Positions 37,696 through 48,420 of a stretch of DNA of 64,000 nt are shown one piece after another. The stretch is taken from assembly GCA_023957245.1 (NCBI GenBank), contig JAMLHJ010000004.1, forward strand, positions 11,680 to 75,679, read 5' to 3'. This DNA comes from Chitinophagales bacterium. Its GTDB lineage: Bacteria > Bacteroidota > Bacteroidia > Chitinophagales > JADIYW01. Position numbers and translations under genes: made by a program. A model generated the notes under the pieces. The model saw only the letters and a program-made list of their open reading frames with translations. It did no database searches and was not told where the DNA came from. Every line of letters starts with the position of its first letter. Position 1 is the first letter of the stretch.

Positions 37696-40600
37696 TCAGA
37701 ACATTGCTCTCAATGTAGCAGTTCCAGTATGAATGATTTTTGTGTTGGTGCCTGTTTTTCTTCCATCATAAGAGATACTTAATTGAAGATTATTGGAAAG
37801 TGTGCGATTATATGCCGCATTCCAAACATAGTTTTTGCCAGGCTGTAAACCATCTAAAATTTGGTAAGCTTTCGTTGTACCATTTATCCCATTGTAGTCA
37901 AATAGTACAAAAGAAAATTTTGTTTCAATCGTCTGTTTAGATGCGATACTATATCTAATATCTAAATTCAATTTATTGCCTTTTGCTAGTTCTCCACCTA
38001 ATTCTTGAATGTTTCGTTTAATGTCAAATTCATAACCAATTGAAGCTCTCAATGTCGTTTTGAGTACCCAAGATAAAGATGGATTGACTTTATATTGAGA
38101 ATAGTCATAGTTATTATTGATAGAATATTCTGCATTGGCGTAGTTCTGACCTTTGAGCAATTTGAGCTGAATGGCAAAGCTTTTGGGTAGATTGAGATTG
38201 GATTCTATGGACTGCTCATTTTTATTTCTAGTGTCAAATCCATTGACTAAAATGACTTTATTTTGATTGAAGAACCATGTGTAAATAAAATAAAATTTTG
38301 GATTGCCTTGATTGAAGTATAAGCTATTTCTAAAAGAAGAATTGAGACTCAATACATTTTCATCATTAGTGTTCAAAATAAAAGGATTGAATGCTGATAC
38401 TTGCGCACCTTTAAAAGTCTTGCGTGTAATAGTTGCTGAAGAGTTGAGATTCCAACGTGCAATAAATTTTTTGATACCTGTTTCATTAAACCATACAGCT
38501 TTAGGATTGAGTTGGAAAATTTGATTGAGGGTGACTATCCTTGCTTGGATATATTCATTGACATTGGTCAATACTCTTACATAATTGGCACTATCAGCAA
38601 ATTGAGCAATCACAAATTCATCCAATTGTTGAACGCCGTCATTATTCATATCTATCCATTTGTAGAGACCTTGTCCCGAAGCTACTTCGAGATAAGTAAA
38701 TTCTCTCACTCTTTCCTGACCACTTCCCAGTTCGTAAATAGTATTCCATCTTATTGCACCTCTTTTGATTTTAAAACCATACTCTGCACGTCCTAAATAA
38801 TTTTTATCTGATTCTAATTGAGAAACAAGTGTGTCATGAATTTTTAAATCTCGATAAGTAAATGTGATACTGAGATTTTGATTTTTAAGTCGATTGGCAT
38901 TGAGGTTAAAAGCAAATTCATTACTAGTCGTCAATTCTTCAAATTCTTTTTGAGTTGGGGAGTAATCTTTTCTGTATTTATAAGAAAATTCGCCTGAGAT
39001 AAATGCGGTATCACTCGTTTTTAAACTAGCATATATATTATTGTTGAAATAGGAGTTGGATAATAAAGTATCGTTTTTAGCATGGCGGATTGCATTATAT
39101 TCCATGTATGCCCCGGTAGCTAAAGATAATCCCCAAAGTCGTTCAAAGGTCTTGGATATATGTACTTTAGGACGTAAAAATGAATTTTTGGACAGACTAT
39201 CTTTTGCCTGCATCCAATTCATTTTAGCTTCAATGTCCCAGAGGTGTTTTTTGTACGAAAAATGATATTGTTGTTGTTGACCTTGAAATAAATTTTGTCG
39301 TTTCAGATAATTCCATGCTACTCCAGTCTCGATACTCCTATCTTTATTATTGACTTGCGCTGAAGTCATTACTAAATGTTCTTGTACACGAGAATTGCCT
39401 TTTATGTTCCAATCTCTTGCAAACTCGACACTTCGATATTGCTCTGGTGCTTGGAAGTTTTCACTTTTTAGTTCGTAGGTAGCTTGTGATTGAATTGCCC
39501 ATTTATTTTTCCCAATAGAATCTATTCTTTGAAATTTATTAAACCATGCTAATCCTCTATTTTCTTTATTTCCTATAGTCGAAAATGTATTGACATCTCT
39601 GTCTGAATAGGCAATCTCTGACTGCACAATTGTTTTGCCCCATTCATATTGCATACCTATATTGGTGTACATATCTTTCTTGGGTGTAATGATTAATTCT
39701 ACTGGCTCATAGCTTCCTTGAGGAATACCATTTATAGGACTTATCCATGAATATACACGTTGATTTAAGGTGTTTTTGTTGGTAGTGTAATTTCCTTTTC
39801 CTTCTCCTATATAGCTAAAATTTACATTGTAAACTTGTGTGTCTGAACGAGTAGTATAAACAAATATACTATCGAAATATACTCCATTAATAATTGAGTC
39901 GGTCAAAAGATATTGAATCGCACTAGATGAAAAGTCTGCTTTTCTTGCACCTGGCACGATAGCATCTTGGATATTATTTCCAATGTTTTTGAGAATGTTT
40001 TCTGTTGTACTGTCGATATTGGCTTGTATAGGTTTGTTTTTTGAATCTTGTTCAACATAAAATTGGGCATATAATTTTAATCCTTTATAGCTGACTTGAT
40101 GTCCTGTTTGTAGGAGTGTACGGAAATAATTTCTATCGGAATATTCAAATTCTATTACAAGACGAATATCTTTTGTAATCATAAATTTTGGAGTAAAAAC
40201 TACTTCTCCTGTATTGTAATCCATGACATATTGATTGTCTTCTCCTCGTTGCAATAATTTTCCATCAGCATAGATTTTTTCTGAACCTGCTAAGATGATG
40301 ATATAAGTTTCTCCATTGGCTCCGACTAATTTGTATGGTCCTTGATTGCCTTCTTTGCCATTAAATGTATTACGAGCAAATTTACCTTTGGCGATTGCAA
40401 ATGAAGCACTATGATTGGTCTGCCAACCTTTTTTGAAGTCAAATCCTGTTTTAAAACTAGCACCTTGAAGCTGTTTATCGTATCGAATAAAATATCCATC
40501 ATTGTATTGAATGCCATAATCTCCAGCTACAAATTGATGTTTATCTTTTTTGACTTGAACATAAACTTTATCAAAATCTTGTATCTGTTGCGTACTTCCG

Positions 40601-41202
40601 TCTGGTTGTATCGGTATGGTATTATCAGTTAATGCTGCCAATATTTCCAAATCTCCAATTTTACCAGCAAGTTGTAAATCCAAAGTCGAATTGACAACCA
40701 AATCTTGATTGCTTCCAAATGATATACCTCTTGCAAAAGCTCCATTATAATTTAAGCCTCCAAAGTCAATGATACTTTCATTGGTCGTATAATTGGGGTC
40801 GTAAAAGTAGGGGTCGAGATAAGTGCTATCTTTCCATGTGTATCCAGGGAATATTTTTTTTCTATATACTGATTGAATGGGGTAGGGAAGTACTCTGAAT
40901 GTTGTTTTTATTTCTTGCCCGTACAAAGTGGAATCTGTAATGATGATTTTTCCTGTGATTGGATTTAAAGAATATTGTTGGGGTGTAATCGTACTATCGG
41001 AAGTTGCAGTCTTTATAATCAATGTGGAAGGGAGAATTCCTATGCTATCCAATAAGTGTTCTGTTGAATCTGCAATAAATGTATTTTGGCGAATATTATT
41101 AAGATGTTTCCATTGAATGCCTATATCTTGTGCAAAAGACATTTGTAAAGTCTCGCACATAAATATGCATATTAAAATGATAAATCTCAACAAGGTTTTC
41201 AA
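37696..41202 (-). CDS. large outer-membrane beta-barrel protein of unknown family (1168 aa)
   Basis: Signal peptide (..MSFAQD), a long amphipathic beta-strand pattern rich in Y/N/S/T, and a C-terminal ..TLRAMF. TTG start. It ends 28 nt upstream of maf. Confidence 0.55.
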   Translation of the reverse strand: MKTLLRFIILICIFMCETLQMSFAQDIGIQWKHLNNIRQNTFIADSTEHLLDSIGILPSTLIIKTATSDSTITPQQYSLNPITGKIIITDSTLYGQEIKTTFRVLPYPIQSVYRKKIFPGYTWKDSTYLDPYFYDPNYTTNESIIDFGGLNYNGAFARGISFGSNQDLVVNSTLDLQLAGKIGDLEILAALTDNTIPIQPDGSTQQIQDFDKVYVQVKKDKHQFVAGDYGIQYNDGYFIRYDKQLQGASFKTGFDFKKGWQTNHSASFAIAKGKFARNTFNGKEGNQGPYKLVGANGETYIIILAGSEKIYADGKLLQRGEDNQYVMDYNTGEVVFTPKFMITKDIRLVIEFEYSDRNYFRTLLQTGHQVSYKGLKLYAQFYVEQDSKNKPIQANIDSTTENILKNIGNNIQDAIVPGARKADFSSSAIQYLLTDSIINGVYFDSIFVYTTRSDTQVYNVNFSYIGEGKGNYTTNKNTLNQRVYSWISPINGIPQGSYEPVELIITPKKDMYTNIGMQYEWGKTIVQSEIAYSDRDVNTFSTIGNKENRGLAWFNKFQRIDSIGKNKWAIQSQATYELKSENFQAPEQYRSVEFARDWNIKGNSRVQEHLVMTSAQVNNKDRSIETGVAWNYLKRQNLFQGQQQQYHFSYKKHLWDIEAKMNWMQAKDSLSKNSFLRPKVHISKTFERLWGLSLATGAYMEYNAIRHAKNDTLLSNSYFNNNIYASLKTSDTAFISGEFSYKYRKDYSPTQKEFEELTTSNEFAFNLNANRLKNQNLSITFTYRDLKIHDTLVSQLESDKNYLGRAEYGFKIKRGAIRWNTIYELGSGQERVREFTYLEVASGQGLYKWIDMNNDGVQQLDEFVIAQFADSANYVRVLTNVNEYIQARIVTLNQIFQLNPKAVWFNETGIKKFIARWNLNSSATITRKTFKGAQVSAFNPFILNTNDENVLSLNSSFRNSLYFNQGNPKFYFIYTWFFNQNKVILVNGFDTRNKNEQSIESNLNLPKSFAIQLKLLKGQNYANAEYSINNNYDYSQYKVNPSLSWVLKTTLRASIGYEFDIKRNIQELGGELAKGNKLNLDIRYSIASKQTIETKFSFVLFDYNGINGTTKAYQILDGLQPGKNYVWNAAYNRTLSNNLQLSISYDGRKTGTNTKIIHTGTATLRAMF

Positions 41203-41292
41203 ATCTTATTATAAGGTAAAAATGCTGAGAATATTGCTAATATTAGCTTTTTTGTATGCTTTTAGCTTTTAAAATGAAAAAGAAAATCGCTT

Positions 41293-42162
41293 TTATTCTG
41301 TTTTACTCTTTCTCTTAAAAATAATTCCAGCACTTTTTGAGGTGTCAGAACGGACAGCTATTTCTCTTTTGACTCCATTTTCAAAAAAATATACAGCAGC
41401 AGTATTGGGAGGTATTTCTCCTGTATTATTGGCATAAATGATAAGTAAATGTTCATCTTCATCATCTACTACGATAGGTACGGAAAGATTATCATAAGTC
41501 AATCCATGCTGCTTGACAATCAATTTCTTATCAAAAAATACTGTGATTGTATCGTTGTCAATTTGGTTATTATCTATAAAGTTGAGAGTTATTGTATCTG
41601 AATTGACTTCAACAATATCTTGTACTTCAATTAATCGTCCTTGAAAATATCTCACCTTATCACCATCTTTTTCTGTGGCATTGGTAAATCCTTTCACCTT
41701 AGTCAAGTGAAACTTCCCAGGTGCGCAATATTGCTTTCCTTGTAAATATTGGTCATTAAAAACAGCTGCATCTGGATTATTCCATTCGCCTTTCATTTCC
41801 CATTTGTCTTTATTGAGTGATATTTCAGCAAAATAATTTTTAATACACCAAGGTTGGTCAAGACTTCCTCCTGATTCTTTCATCAAGTGTATATCTGTAA
41901 AGTTTAATTGGTTGTCAATATATGAGCCTTCGATATAAAATTCAGCGTACTTACCTGTTTTGGAGATGATTTTTGATGTGCCAAACAATGTAGAATCTGA
42001 TTCGTAATATAATTTGGTGATAATTTCATACATCAATCCTTTATCACTTTGAGATAGAAATCCTCTCCACATTCCTTCAAAAGGTAAATCTTGCGCTTTA
42101 AGAGAAAAGGAAAGTCCTCCCAAAAAGAAAAATATATAAGTAGTTATGAAGAACTTTCTCAT
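41293..42162 (-). CDS. secreted hypothetical protein
   Basis: Signal peptide MRKFFITTYIFFFLGGLSFSLKAQ when started at 42162. The 13 extra N-terminal codons in the ORF track look non-native. Confidence 0.55.
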   Translation of the reverse strand: MRKFFITTYIFFFLGGLSFSLKAQDLPFEGMWRGFLSQSDKGLMYEIITKLYYESDSTLFGTSKIISKTGKYAEFYIEGSYIDNQLNFTDIHLMKESGGSLDQPWCIKNYFAEISLNKDKWEMKGEWNNPDAAVFNDQYLQGKQYCAPGKFHLTKVKGFTNATEKDGDKVRYFQGRLIEVQDIVEVNSDTITLNFIDNNQIDNDTITVFFDKKLIVKQHGLTYDNLSVPIVVDDEDEHLLIIYANNTGEIPPNTAAVYFFENGVKREIAVRSDTSKSAGIIFKRKSKTE

Positions 42163-42245
42163 TCTATAATTCATCCAATAAATATACCAATAATTATGCA
42201 ATGTGTTTTTACATCTTGCAATTTTAAAGATATGTGTTTTGAAAA

Positions 42246-44477
42246 TTATAATATGCCGTCTTCTATTCTACTGACTGATTGAATACCTGAAAGCCCTTTA
42301 AGTTTATTCAATAACAAATCCAATTCTTCTTGATTTTTCATGAAAACTTTGAATTTTCCTTCAAAGATTCCATTGTTAGATTCGATAGACATGGATTGCA
42401 TATTGACTTTCAAATCTTCGGAAATTATTCTAGTAATTTTGTTGATGACACCAAGGTCATCTATTCCGTTAATAAATATTCCAGTAAGGAAAGATGATGA
42501 TTTGCTCTTTGTCCAGACAGTTTTTACTATTCTGTAACCATATTTGGACATGAGATTAATGACATTTTTGCAACTTGTTCTGTGAATTTTAATGACACCA
42601 TTGATAGAAATAAAACCTACAACATCATCACCTGAAATTGGGTTGCAACATTTGGCAAATTCATAAGGAAACTGATTGGAAGATTCTCCAAAAATAATGA
42701 GTTCGGCATTTTTATCGATTTTGTTTTTCGTAGGAGTATATTCTTCTTCGACTACTTTTCTTTCCACTTTTGGGATTTCTATGGAATTGCCGACGATATT
42801 GAGATTTTTTAGTTTGGTTAAATCAATCTGATGTTGAGCAATACCATAATTGAGATCCATGATACTTGGCATTTTATAAAAATTTACCAACACTTGCATG
42901 TTTTCATTATTCATTACTACTTTCAGGGATTTTAATTTGCGTTCCAAAATCTCTTTACCAACTTCTGCGATTGTCTTTTTCTCTTCTCTAAGTGAGTTTT
43001 TGATTTTGGCTTGAGCTCTAGATGTGGTAGCAATATTTAACCATGCTTCAGAAGGCTTCTGTTTTTTGGAAGTAATGATTTCTACTTGATCGCCACTTTG
43101 TAAAACATAGCTGATAGGCTCTAGTTTATTATTGACTTTAGCACCTATACAAGTATCGCCTACGGCTGAGTGTATCATATAAGCAAAGTCTAAAGCTGTC
43201 GCTCCTACAGGAAGAACTTTAAGCTCACCTTTAGGGCTGAAAACATAAATTTCTTTGGTGTATAGCTGAAGTTTGAAATCATCCATAAACTCCAAAGGAT
43301 TGGCTTCAGAATTTTTTAAATATTCTCTGACTTGCATGAGCCAGCTTTCAATAGCATCCTCAGCTGTATTTTGATTTTTTCCTTTATTTTCTTTGTATCT
43401 ATAGTGTGCTGCGAGACCTTTTTCAGCTATTTCATCCATGCGTTTTGAGCGGATTTGAACTTCTACCCATTTGCCTTTTGAACCCATTACAGTGGTGTGT
43501 AATGATTCGTATCCATTTGCTTTTGGGTGAGATAGCCAGTCTCTTAATCTGTTGGGGCTGGGCTGGTACTGGTCTGTAACGATAGAGTATGCTCTCCAAC
43601 ATTCTTCTTTTTCTTTTTCAGGTTCAGAGTCAATGATAATTCTAATCGCGAATTTGTCATAGACATCATCAAAAGTTACCCCCTTCTTTTTTATTTTGTT
43701 CCAAATAGAAAAAATAGATTTAGGTCTTCCTACTACCTCTGCATTTAATCCAGCTTTGAGTAAATCTTCTTGTATTGGTTTGATAAAATCATTGATAAAT
43801 CTATTGCGTTCCTTTTTTGTTTCATGAAGTTGTTTGGCAATCTCTTTATACTTATCTGATTCGGTGTATTTCATTGAGAGATCTTCAAATTCACTTTTTA
43901 TTGAATAGAGCCCCAATCGATGTGCTAGAGGTGCATATAGATAAATTGTTTCAGAGGATATTTTCAATTGATTTTTACGAGATACAGTTTCAAGTGTTCT
44001 CATATTGTGTAATCTATCAGCAATTTTTATCAAAATAACTCTGATATCATCACTCAATGTCAATAGGATTTTTCGATAGTTCTCAGCTTGAATTGATTCT
44101 GTCTGAGAAGAAATTTTGCCAATTTTTGTTAAGCCGTCAATGATTTTACAAACTTCTTCACCAAATTCTCTTTTGATATCATCGAGAGTAATCTCAGTGT
44201 CTTCAACAGTATCATGCAGAAGTGCACACATGACAGAAGTTGTGCCCAAACCAATCTCTGAAGCTACAATTTTAGCTACAGCTATGGGATGGAGAATATA
44301 TGGTTCTCCAGATTTTCTACGTTGCTCTTTATGTGCATCTACAGCCACTTCAAATGCCCTACGAAGACGCTTATCATCTCCTGATTTCATCCGTGGTTTG
44401 ACCATTTTGACAAGCTGGCGATATTCTTTTATTATCAGCGCCCGCTCTTTTTCCTCATCTATAACAAGATCTACCAT
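42246..44477 (-). CDS. spoT: bifunctional (p)ppGpp synthetase/hydrolase, RelA/SpoT homologue
   Basis: HD hydrolase blocks HPIAVAKIV and LHDTVEDT; synthetase block RPKSIFSIWNK..YESLHT; TGS and ACT-like C-terminal regions. Confidence 0.95.
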   Translation of the reverse strand: MVDLVIDEEKERALIIKEYRQLVKMVKPRMKSGDDKRLRRAFEVAVDAHKEQRRKSGEPYILHPIAVAKIVASEIGLGTTSVMCALLHDTVEDTEITLDDIKREFGEEVCKIIDGLTKIGKISSQTESIQAENYRKILLTLSDDIRVILIKIADRLHNMRTLETVSRKNQLKISSETIYLYAPLAHRLGLYSIKSEFEDLSMKYTESDKYKEIAKQLHETKKERNRFINDFIKPIQEDLLKAGLNAEVVGRPKSIFSIWNKIKKKGVTFDDVYDKFAIRIIIDSEPEKEKEECWRAYSIVTDQYQPSPNRLRDWLSHPKANGYESLHTTVMGSKGKWVEVQIRSKRMDEIAEKGLAAHYRYKENKGKNQNTAEDAIESWLMQVREYLKNSEANPLEFMDDFKLQLYTKEIYVFSPKGELKVLPVGATALDFAYMIHSAVGDTCIGAKVNNKLEPISYVLQSGDQVEIITSKKQKPSEAWLNIATTSRAQAKIKNSLREEKKTIAEVGKEILERKLKSLKVVMNNENMQVLVNFYKMPSIMDLNYGIAQHQIDLTKLKNLNIVGNSIEIPKVERKVVEEEYTPTKNKIDKNAELIIFGESSNQFPYEFAKCCNPISGDDVVGFISINGVIKIHRTSCKNVINLMSKYGYRIVKTVWTKSKSSSFLTGIFINGIDDLGVINKITRIISEDLKVNMQSMSIESNNGIFEGKFKVFMKNQEELDLLLNKLKGLSGIQSVSRIEDGIL

Positions 44478-44571
44478 ACTATATTTCCTTAATCAATTAC
44501 TAAAAAAAACTTTAAATTTTGGATATCCTCAAATTAATTACATCATTATTGACCTTATTATTCATAAGCTT

Positions 44572-44835
44572 TTAAGAAGGCTCGGTAGAAGAAGTGTGCC
44601 GTTCAAAAGCTTTCTCCATACTATTAAACATAGTTGTAAAATGGCTTAAATTTTCATTCAAAAATTGTTCATCAATCAATTTATCAATGTCATCAAAACT
44701 CTTTATACTTTCACTTTCCCTTATCTTATAGGTGATTTCCATTTGTCCCATTTCTATTTTTACTGAATATTTCATATTCATTCCGAATACTGTAATCTTT
44801 AAAAATTGATGGGGAATTACTCCTAATACTCTCAT
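44572..44835 (-). CDS. small hypothetical protein
   Basis: A 4-nt ATGA overlap with the upstream membrane-protein gene suggests coupling. No family recognised. Confidence 0.4.
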   Translation of the reverse strand: MRVLGVIPHQFLKITVFGMNMKYSVKIEMGQMEITYKIRESESIKSFDDIDKLIDEQFLNENLSHFTTMFNSMEKAFERHTSSTEPS

Positions 44836-45272
44836 TGAAATCTTTTTAAATCTAATTTTAATCCTTTTACTTTAGTTTTGGCTCTTCCAGAACCTATTTT
44901 GTTGGATGGTTCATTGGAAATGATTAAAGAGCCACTTAATGCAAAAAGCCCTCCTAAAATTCCAAAAATAATTGTTCCAATCCATAATAAAAATATACCA
45001 CTGATAGGTTTTTCCATTCCTGTACTCAATACCTCTCCAATCTGATTGACAAATGCAAATCTATCTCCTCTGGAAGATATAGAACTTATAGTTAAATAAT
45101 AGATTCCGACACCTAATAAACCTGCCCAAAAAGAATAGGTGCCATGGCGATATGCAATTATTCCAGAAAGGAATGCTATTATCACAAATGACCACCACGG
45201 AGCTACCAACCCTATCAACCATGATAAAATGGCTATTGCAAATATCTGAATAATAAAAGTATATATTTTCAT
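44832..45272 (-). CDS. small integral membrane protein (about 4 TM)
   Basis: Hydrophobic segments. There is a 5-nt gap after the acylase gene. Confidence 0.55.
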   Translation of the reverse strand: MKIYTFIIQIFAIAILSWLIGLVAPWWSFVIIAFLSGIIAYRHGTYSFWAGLLGVGIYYLTISSISSRGDRFAFVNQIGEVLSTGMEKPISGIFLLWIGTIIFGILGGLFALSGSLIISNEPSNKIGSGRAKTKVKGLKLDLKRFQ

Positions 45273-45277
45273 TTTCT

Positions 45278-47689
45278 TTATTTTAGACTATTATTGGCAT
45301 CTTGAATATTTTTATAAAAATGGTGTTGATAATATTTACCATCAGACCATGCTTCTACAAATGTATTATATGCTGTAGAACCTGGATTGCCCGATTGTCC
45401 TCCTGGGTACATTCCATATCCTTGAATTTTACCATTGGAAAAATCTACTATCAATCGTAATGATGCTCCCCAACGTGATGACGTCGCATTGACTATCCCT
45501 GCATATCCTCCTATTTTTATGTTTTTTTCAGAGAAAGCATCTATCTGCGCCAAATGTGAAATAGATGTATTTTTATAAAATCTAAATTCCTTAAGTTCAG
45601 GATGTCTATCAAAATAAGCCACTGTAGAGTCGAATGAAATATTTAATACATCTTGAAGTGTTTCCACTTTATTGGTTCCCATGATATCAAATAATGGAAA
45701 ATGTGGATGATTTTTCATAATATCAATACTAGTATATGATTCGGGGTAAATGAAGTCAGCATCATCTGTCTTTTTGAGTTCATCCCATGCTATGCTTTCA
45801 AATTCATCCCACCATTTGTAAAAGTAAGATGCTGCATCTGAATCATAATTAGCGATATAGTTCCATTTGCTCAACTTTTGAAAGATTTCTTTTTGAGCAT
45901 CTCCAGTAACATTTTTAATATAAGGGAGCATGACAGGTAGAGCTTCTCTCGCATGAACACTCATGTTGTCATATTGAAGATTTTTCATGTCGTCAATAGA
46001 AATATCATTTTGTTGAGTGAGTACTTCATTGATTCTTCTGTTTCTATAATTTTCATATTGAAAGCCTAAAATGTAATATGGATAAGTTTTATCCACAGGA
46101 ATTTGATTGGCAGAGCTGGCAAATCCTCTTTCTGGATTGAGGATATATGGATTTTGTTGATTAGGAATAAAATAATTTTGTATGTTTTTGACATTGGCAT
46201 CTTTAAGATTTTGAATGAATTTTCCTTGTTCGGGATATCTTATCCAAAAGCGCCCTTGTTCCTTGATAGCAATATTATTTTCTCTATCAGCATAAACAAA
46301 ATTTTGCCCTGGACACCAATATTGATCTAATGCTTTCAGATAATCTTGGTGATTTTTAGCTTTGTTCAATAAGAGGAAAGTTTTTAAATCATTTGATGGC
46401 TTTAGAGCTGTCCAACTCATTACCAAGTCCAATTTGTCTCTCTTTGTATCAAAATCACTATCATATACAATAGGTCCAATTTGTGTCCATTTGATGGTTT
46501 CTTTTTTATTTTTACCTCCTTTGACTTTATAGGTTTCGTTGATTTTTTCAAAATTCTCCCACTTGCCGCCAATTAGATATTTTTCGTTACTAGCATCTGA
46601 TTCTACTGTGTACCAATCTCTGACATCCATACCAGCATTTGTTACGCCCCATGCAATATTTTCATTGTAGCCGATGACGATTCCAGGTGCACCAGGCAAG
46701 GTAAATCCATAGACATTAATGCCTGGCGCATGAAGTTGCATCTCATACCATATTGAAGGAAAAGTCAGACTCAAATGAGGGTCATTGCACAAAATAGGAA
46801 AGCCTGAAGATGTTTTTTTTCCTGAAACAACCCAATTATTACTTCCCAAACCTCTTTGTGGTAAATACTCCTTAATCGGATTTTTGTACATTGCTACTTT
46901 TTCATTTACGTGCATTGTGGAGGTGTCTGGTTTCAAAGGAGCCTTGAGTGCTACAAAATGAAAAGGCGTTCCAATAGGAATGATAGGATCTGGTGAGGAA
47001 GGATATTCTGGATATAAAATATCAAATATTTCTCTGCCAAATTTTTTTATCGCATTGGTGTATTCAATATCATTGTCGGTTCCAGTCAGGTCGTTTGCCA
47101 TGTACTTCAGTAAAAGTGCACTATTGACAGGGTGCCATTCTTCAGGTTGGTAACCCATTAATTTGTATTCAATAGGAAGATTTCCTCTTTTTGCTTTTTT
47201 AATGAATGCATTGACTCCTTGTGTAAAAGATGTAATAGGCGTTTTTGTTAATGGGTCATTGAGCAAAAGAGCGACTGATTCTTCAGCAGATTTTTTCAAT
47301 CCAATCCTTCTATGATAACGGTCTATATCTAAAGCCTTTTCTCCAACTATTTCAGTCAAGCGACCAGAAGCAACATAGGTAATAAATTCCATTTGCCACA
47401 GCCTATCTTGTGCCATTGCGTATCCTTGCGCAAAATATAAATCGGCTTCATTATCCGCAAAAATATGTGGAATATGGTTTTCGTCATAGATAATTGTAGC
47501 TGTCCCATCGCTTGTGCTGATCTCCATTTTTTGGCTAATACTTTCTCTAGCATCAATATTTGACCAAAATCCATGTGAAGGACTTAATAATTTGCCAATA
47601 GGAGGTATGGACCCAATATTGGAGTTGAGTAGGAATACAAATATTACTGAAATGATAAAAATCAATAACCCAAATAATCTTCTAGTCAT
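45278..47689 (-). CDS. penicillin-acylase-family Ntn-hydrolase (AHL-acylase-like)
   Basis: Signal/anchor segment; FAQGYAMAQDRLWQM block; autoprocessing and nucleophile site GLGSNNWVVSG. Confidence 0.85.
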   Translation of the reverse strand: MTRRLFGLLIFIISVIFVFLLNSNIGSIPPIGKLLSPSHGFWSNIDARESISQKMEISTSDGTATIIYDENHIPHIFADNEADLYFAQGYAMAQDRLWQMEFITYVASGRLTEIVGEKALDIDRYHRRIGLKKSAEESVALLLNDPLTKTPITSFTQGVNAFIKKAKRGNLPIEYKLMGYQPEEWHPVNSALLLKYMANDLTGTDNDIEYTNAIKKFGREIFDILYPEYPSSPDPIIPIGTPFHFVALKAPLKPDTSTMHVNEKVAMYKNPIKEYLPQRGLGSNNWVVSGKKTSSGFPILCNDPHLSLTFPSIWYEMQLHAPGINVYGFTLPGAPGIVIGYNENIAWGVTNAGMDVRDWYTVESDASNEKYLIGGKWENFEKINETYKVKGGKNKKETIKWTQIGPIVYDSDFDTKRDKLDLVMSWTALKPSNDLKTFLLLNKAKNHQDYLKALDQYWCPGQNFVYADRENNIAIKEQGRFWIRYPEQGKFIQNLKDANVKNIQNYFIPNQQNPYILNPERGFASSANQIPVDKTYPYYILGFQYENYRNRRINEVLTQQNDISIDDMKNLQYDNMSVHAREALPVMLPYIKNVTGDAQKEIFQKLSKWNYIANYDSDAASYFYKWWDEFESIAWDELKKTDDADFIYPESYTSIDIMKNHPHFPLFDIMGTNKVETLQDVLNISFDSTVAYFDRHPELKEFRFYKNTSISHLAQIDAFSEKNIKIGGYAGIVNATSSRWGASLRLIVDFSNGKIQGYGMYPGGQSGNPGSTAYNTFVEAWSDGKYYQHHFYKNIQDANNSLK

Positions 47690-47838
47690 AGGATATTTTT
47701 ATATCTAAGTATAAATTTAATAAATAACTATATTCTTGCCTAGTTACTAATCTACAAGATATCTAATAATTATAGAAGAAAATGAAAAATAAGGATTATT
47801 GAAACAAAATAATCGCTATAGATAGAAATATATAAATA

Positions 47839-48417
47839 TTATACTTTTATGATTCCCATTTCTTTCATTTTCCAAAAACAATCGGCAGTTGCTTGGATAT
47901 CAGCTAATGCATTATGAGCGTTGTCAAATCCTTTGTTGAATAATTTTTTGTGCAATTCTTCTAACTTAGGCCATTTGTAGTTCCCAAATTTCCCTGGAAG
48001 TGCGCAATAGTCTATTGATGATTGCATAGTGCAAAATCTTTTCTTTTCGGCAATGATATTTTTATAATCATTTCTCAAAAACTCAGCTCCTAATACTTTT
48101 TCATCAAATGAAATATTATGTGCAATAAGCAATGATGAAGATTGGATTTTTTCATACAATTCATCAAGAACGATTTTTAAATCTACTCCTTCATCAAGTG
48201 CCCTTTCTGTTGTTATCCCATGTATTCTAGATGATTCAGTTGGAATAATAAATCCTTTTGGCTTGATGATATATTCTTGAGTGCCAATATGTTGATTATT
48301 ATTGTCATATAAGAGATATCCTACTTGGATGATTCTAGGCCAGTTGTCAATCTGAGAGGCTGGAGCATTCCAATTAAGAGGTAAACCTGTCGTTTCTGTA
48401 TCAAAGAAAAAATACAT
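47839..48417 (-). CDS. DEDDh 3'-5' exonuclease (DnaQ/epsilon-like, stand-alone)
   Basis: Exo I FFDTETTG, Exo II AHNISFD, Exo III HNALADIQ. Confidence 0.85.
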   Translation of the reverse strand: MYFFFDTETTGLPLNWNAPASQIDNWPRIIQVGYLLYDNNNQHIGTQEYIIKPKGFIIPTESSRIHGITTERALDEGVDLKIVLDELYEKIQSSSLLIAHNISFDEKVLGAEFLRNDYKNIIAEKKRFCTMQSSIDYCALPGKFGNYKWPKLEELHKKLFNKGFDNAHNALADIQATADCFWKMKEMGIIKV

Positions 48418-48420
48418 AAT

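Noticed and set aside
44116-44649. 177-aa plus-strand ORF
   Set aside because: It is antisense to the strongly supported RelA/SpoT gene. Its Ser/Ile-rich composition is typical of a shadow ORF.
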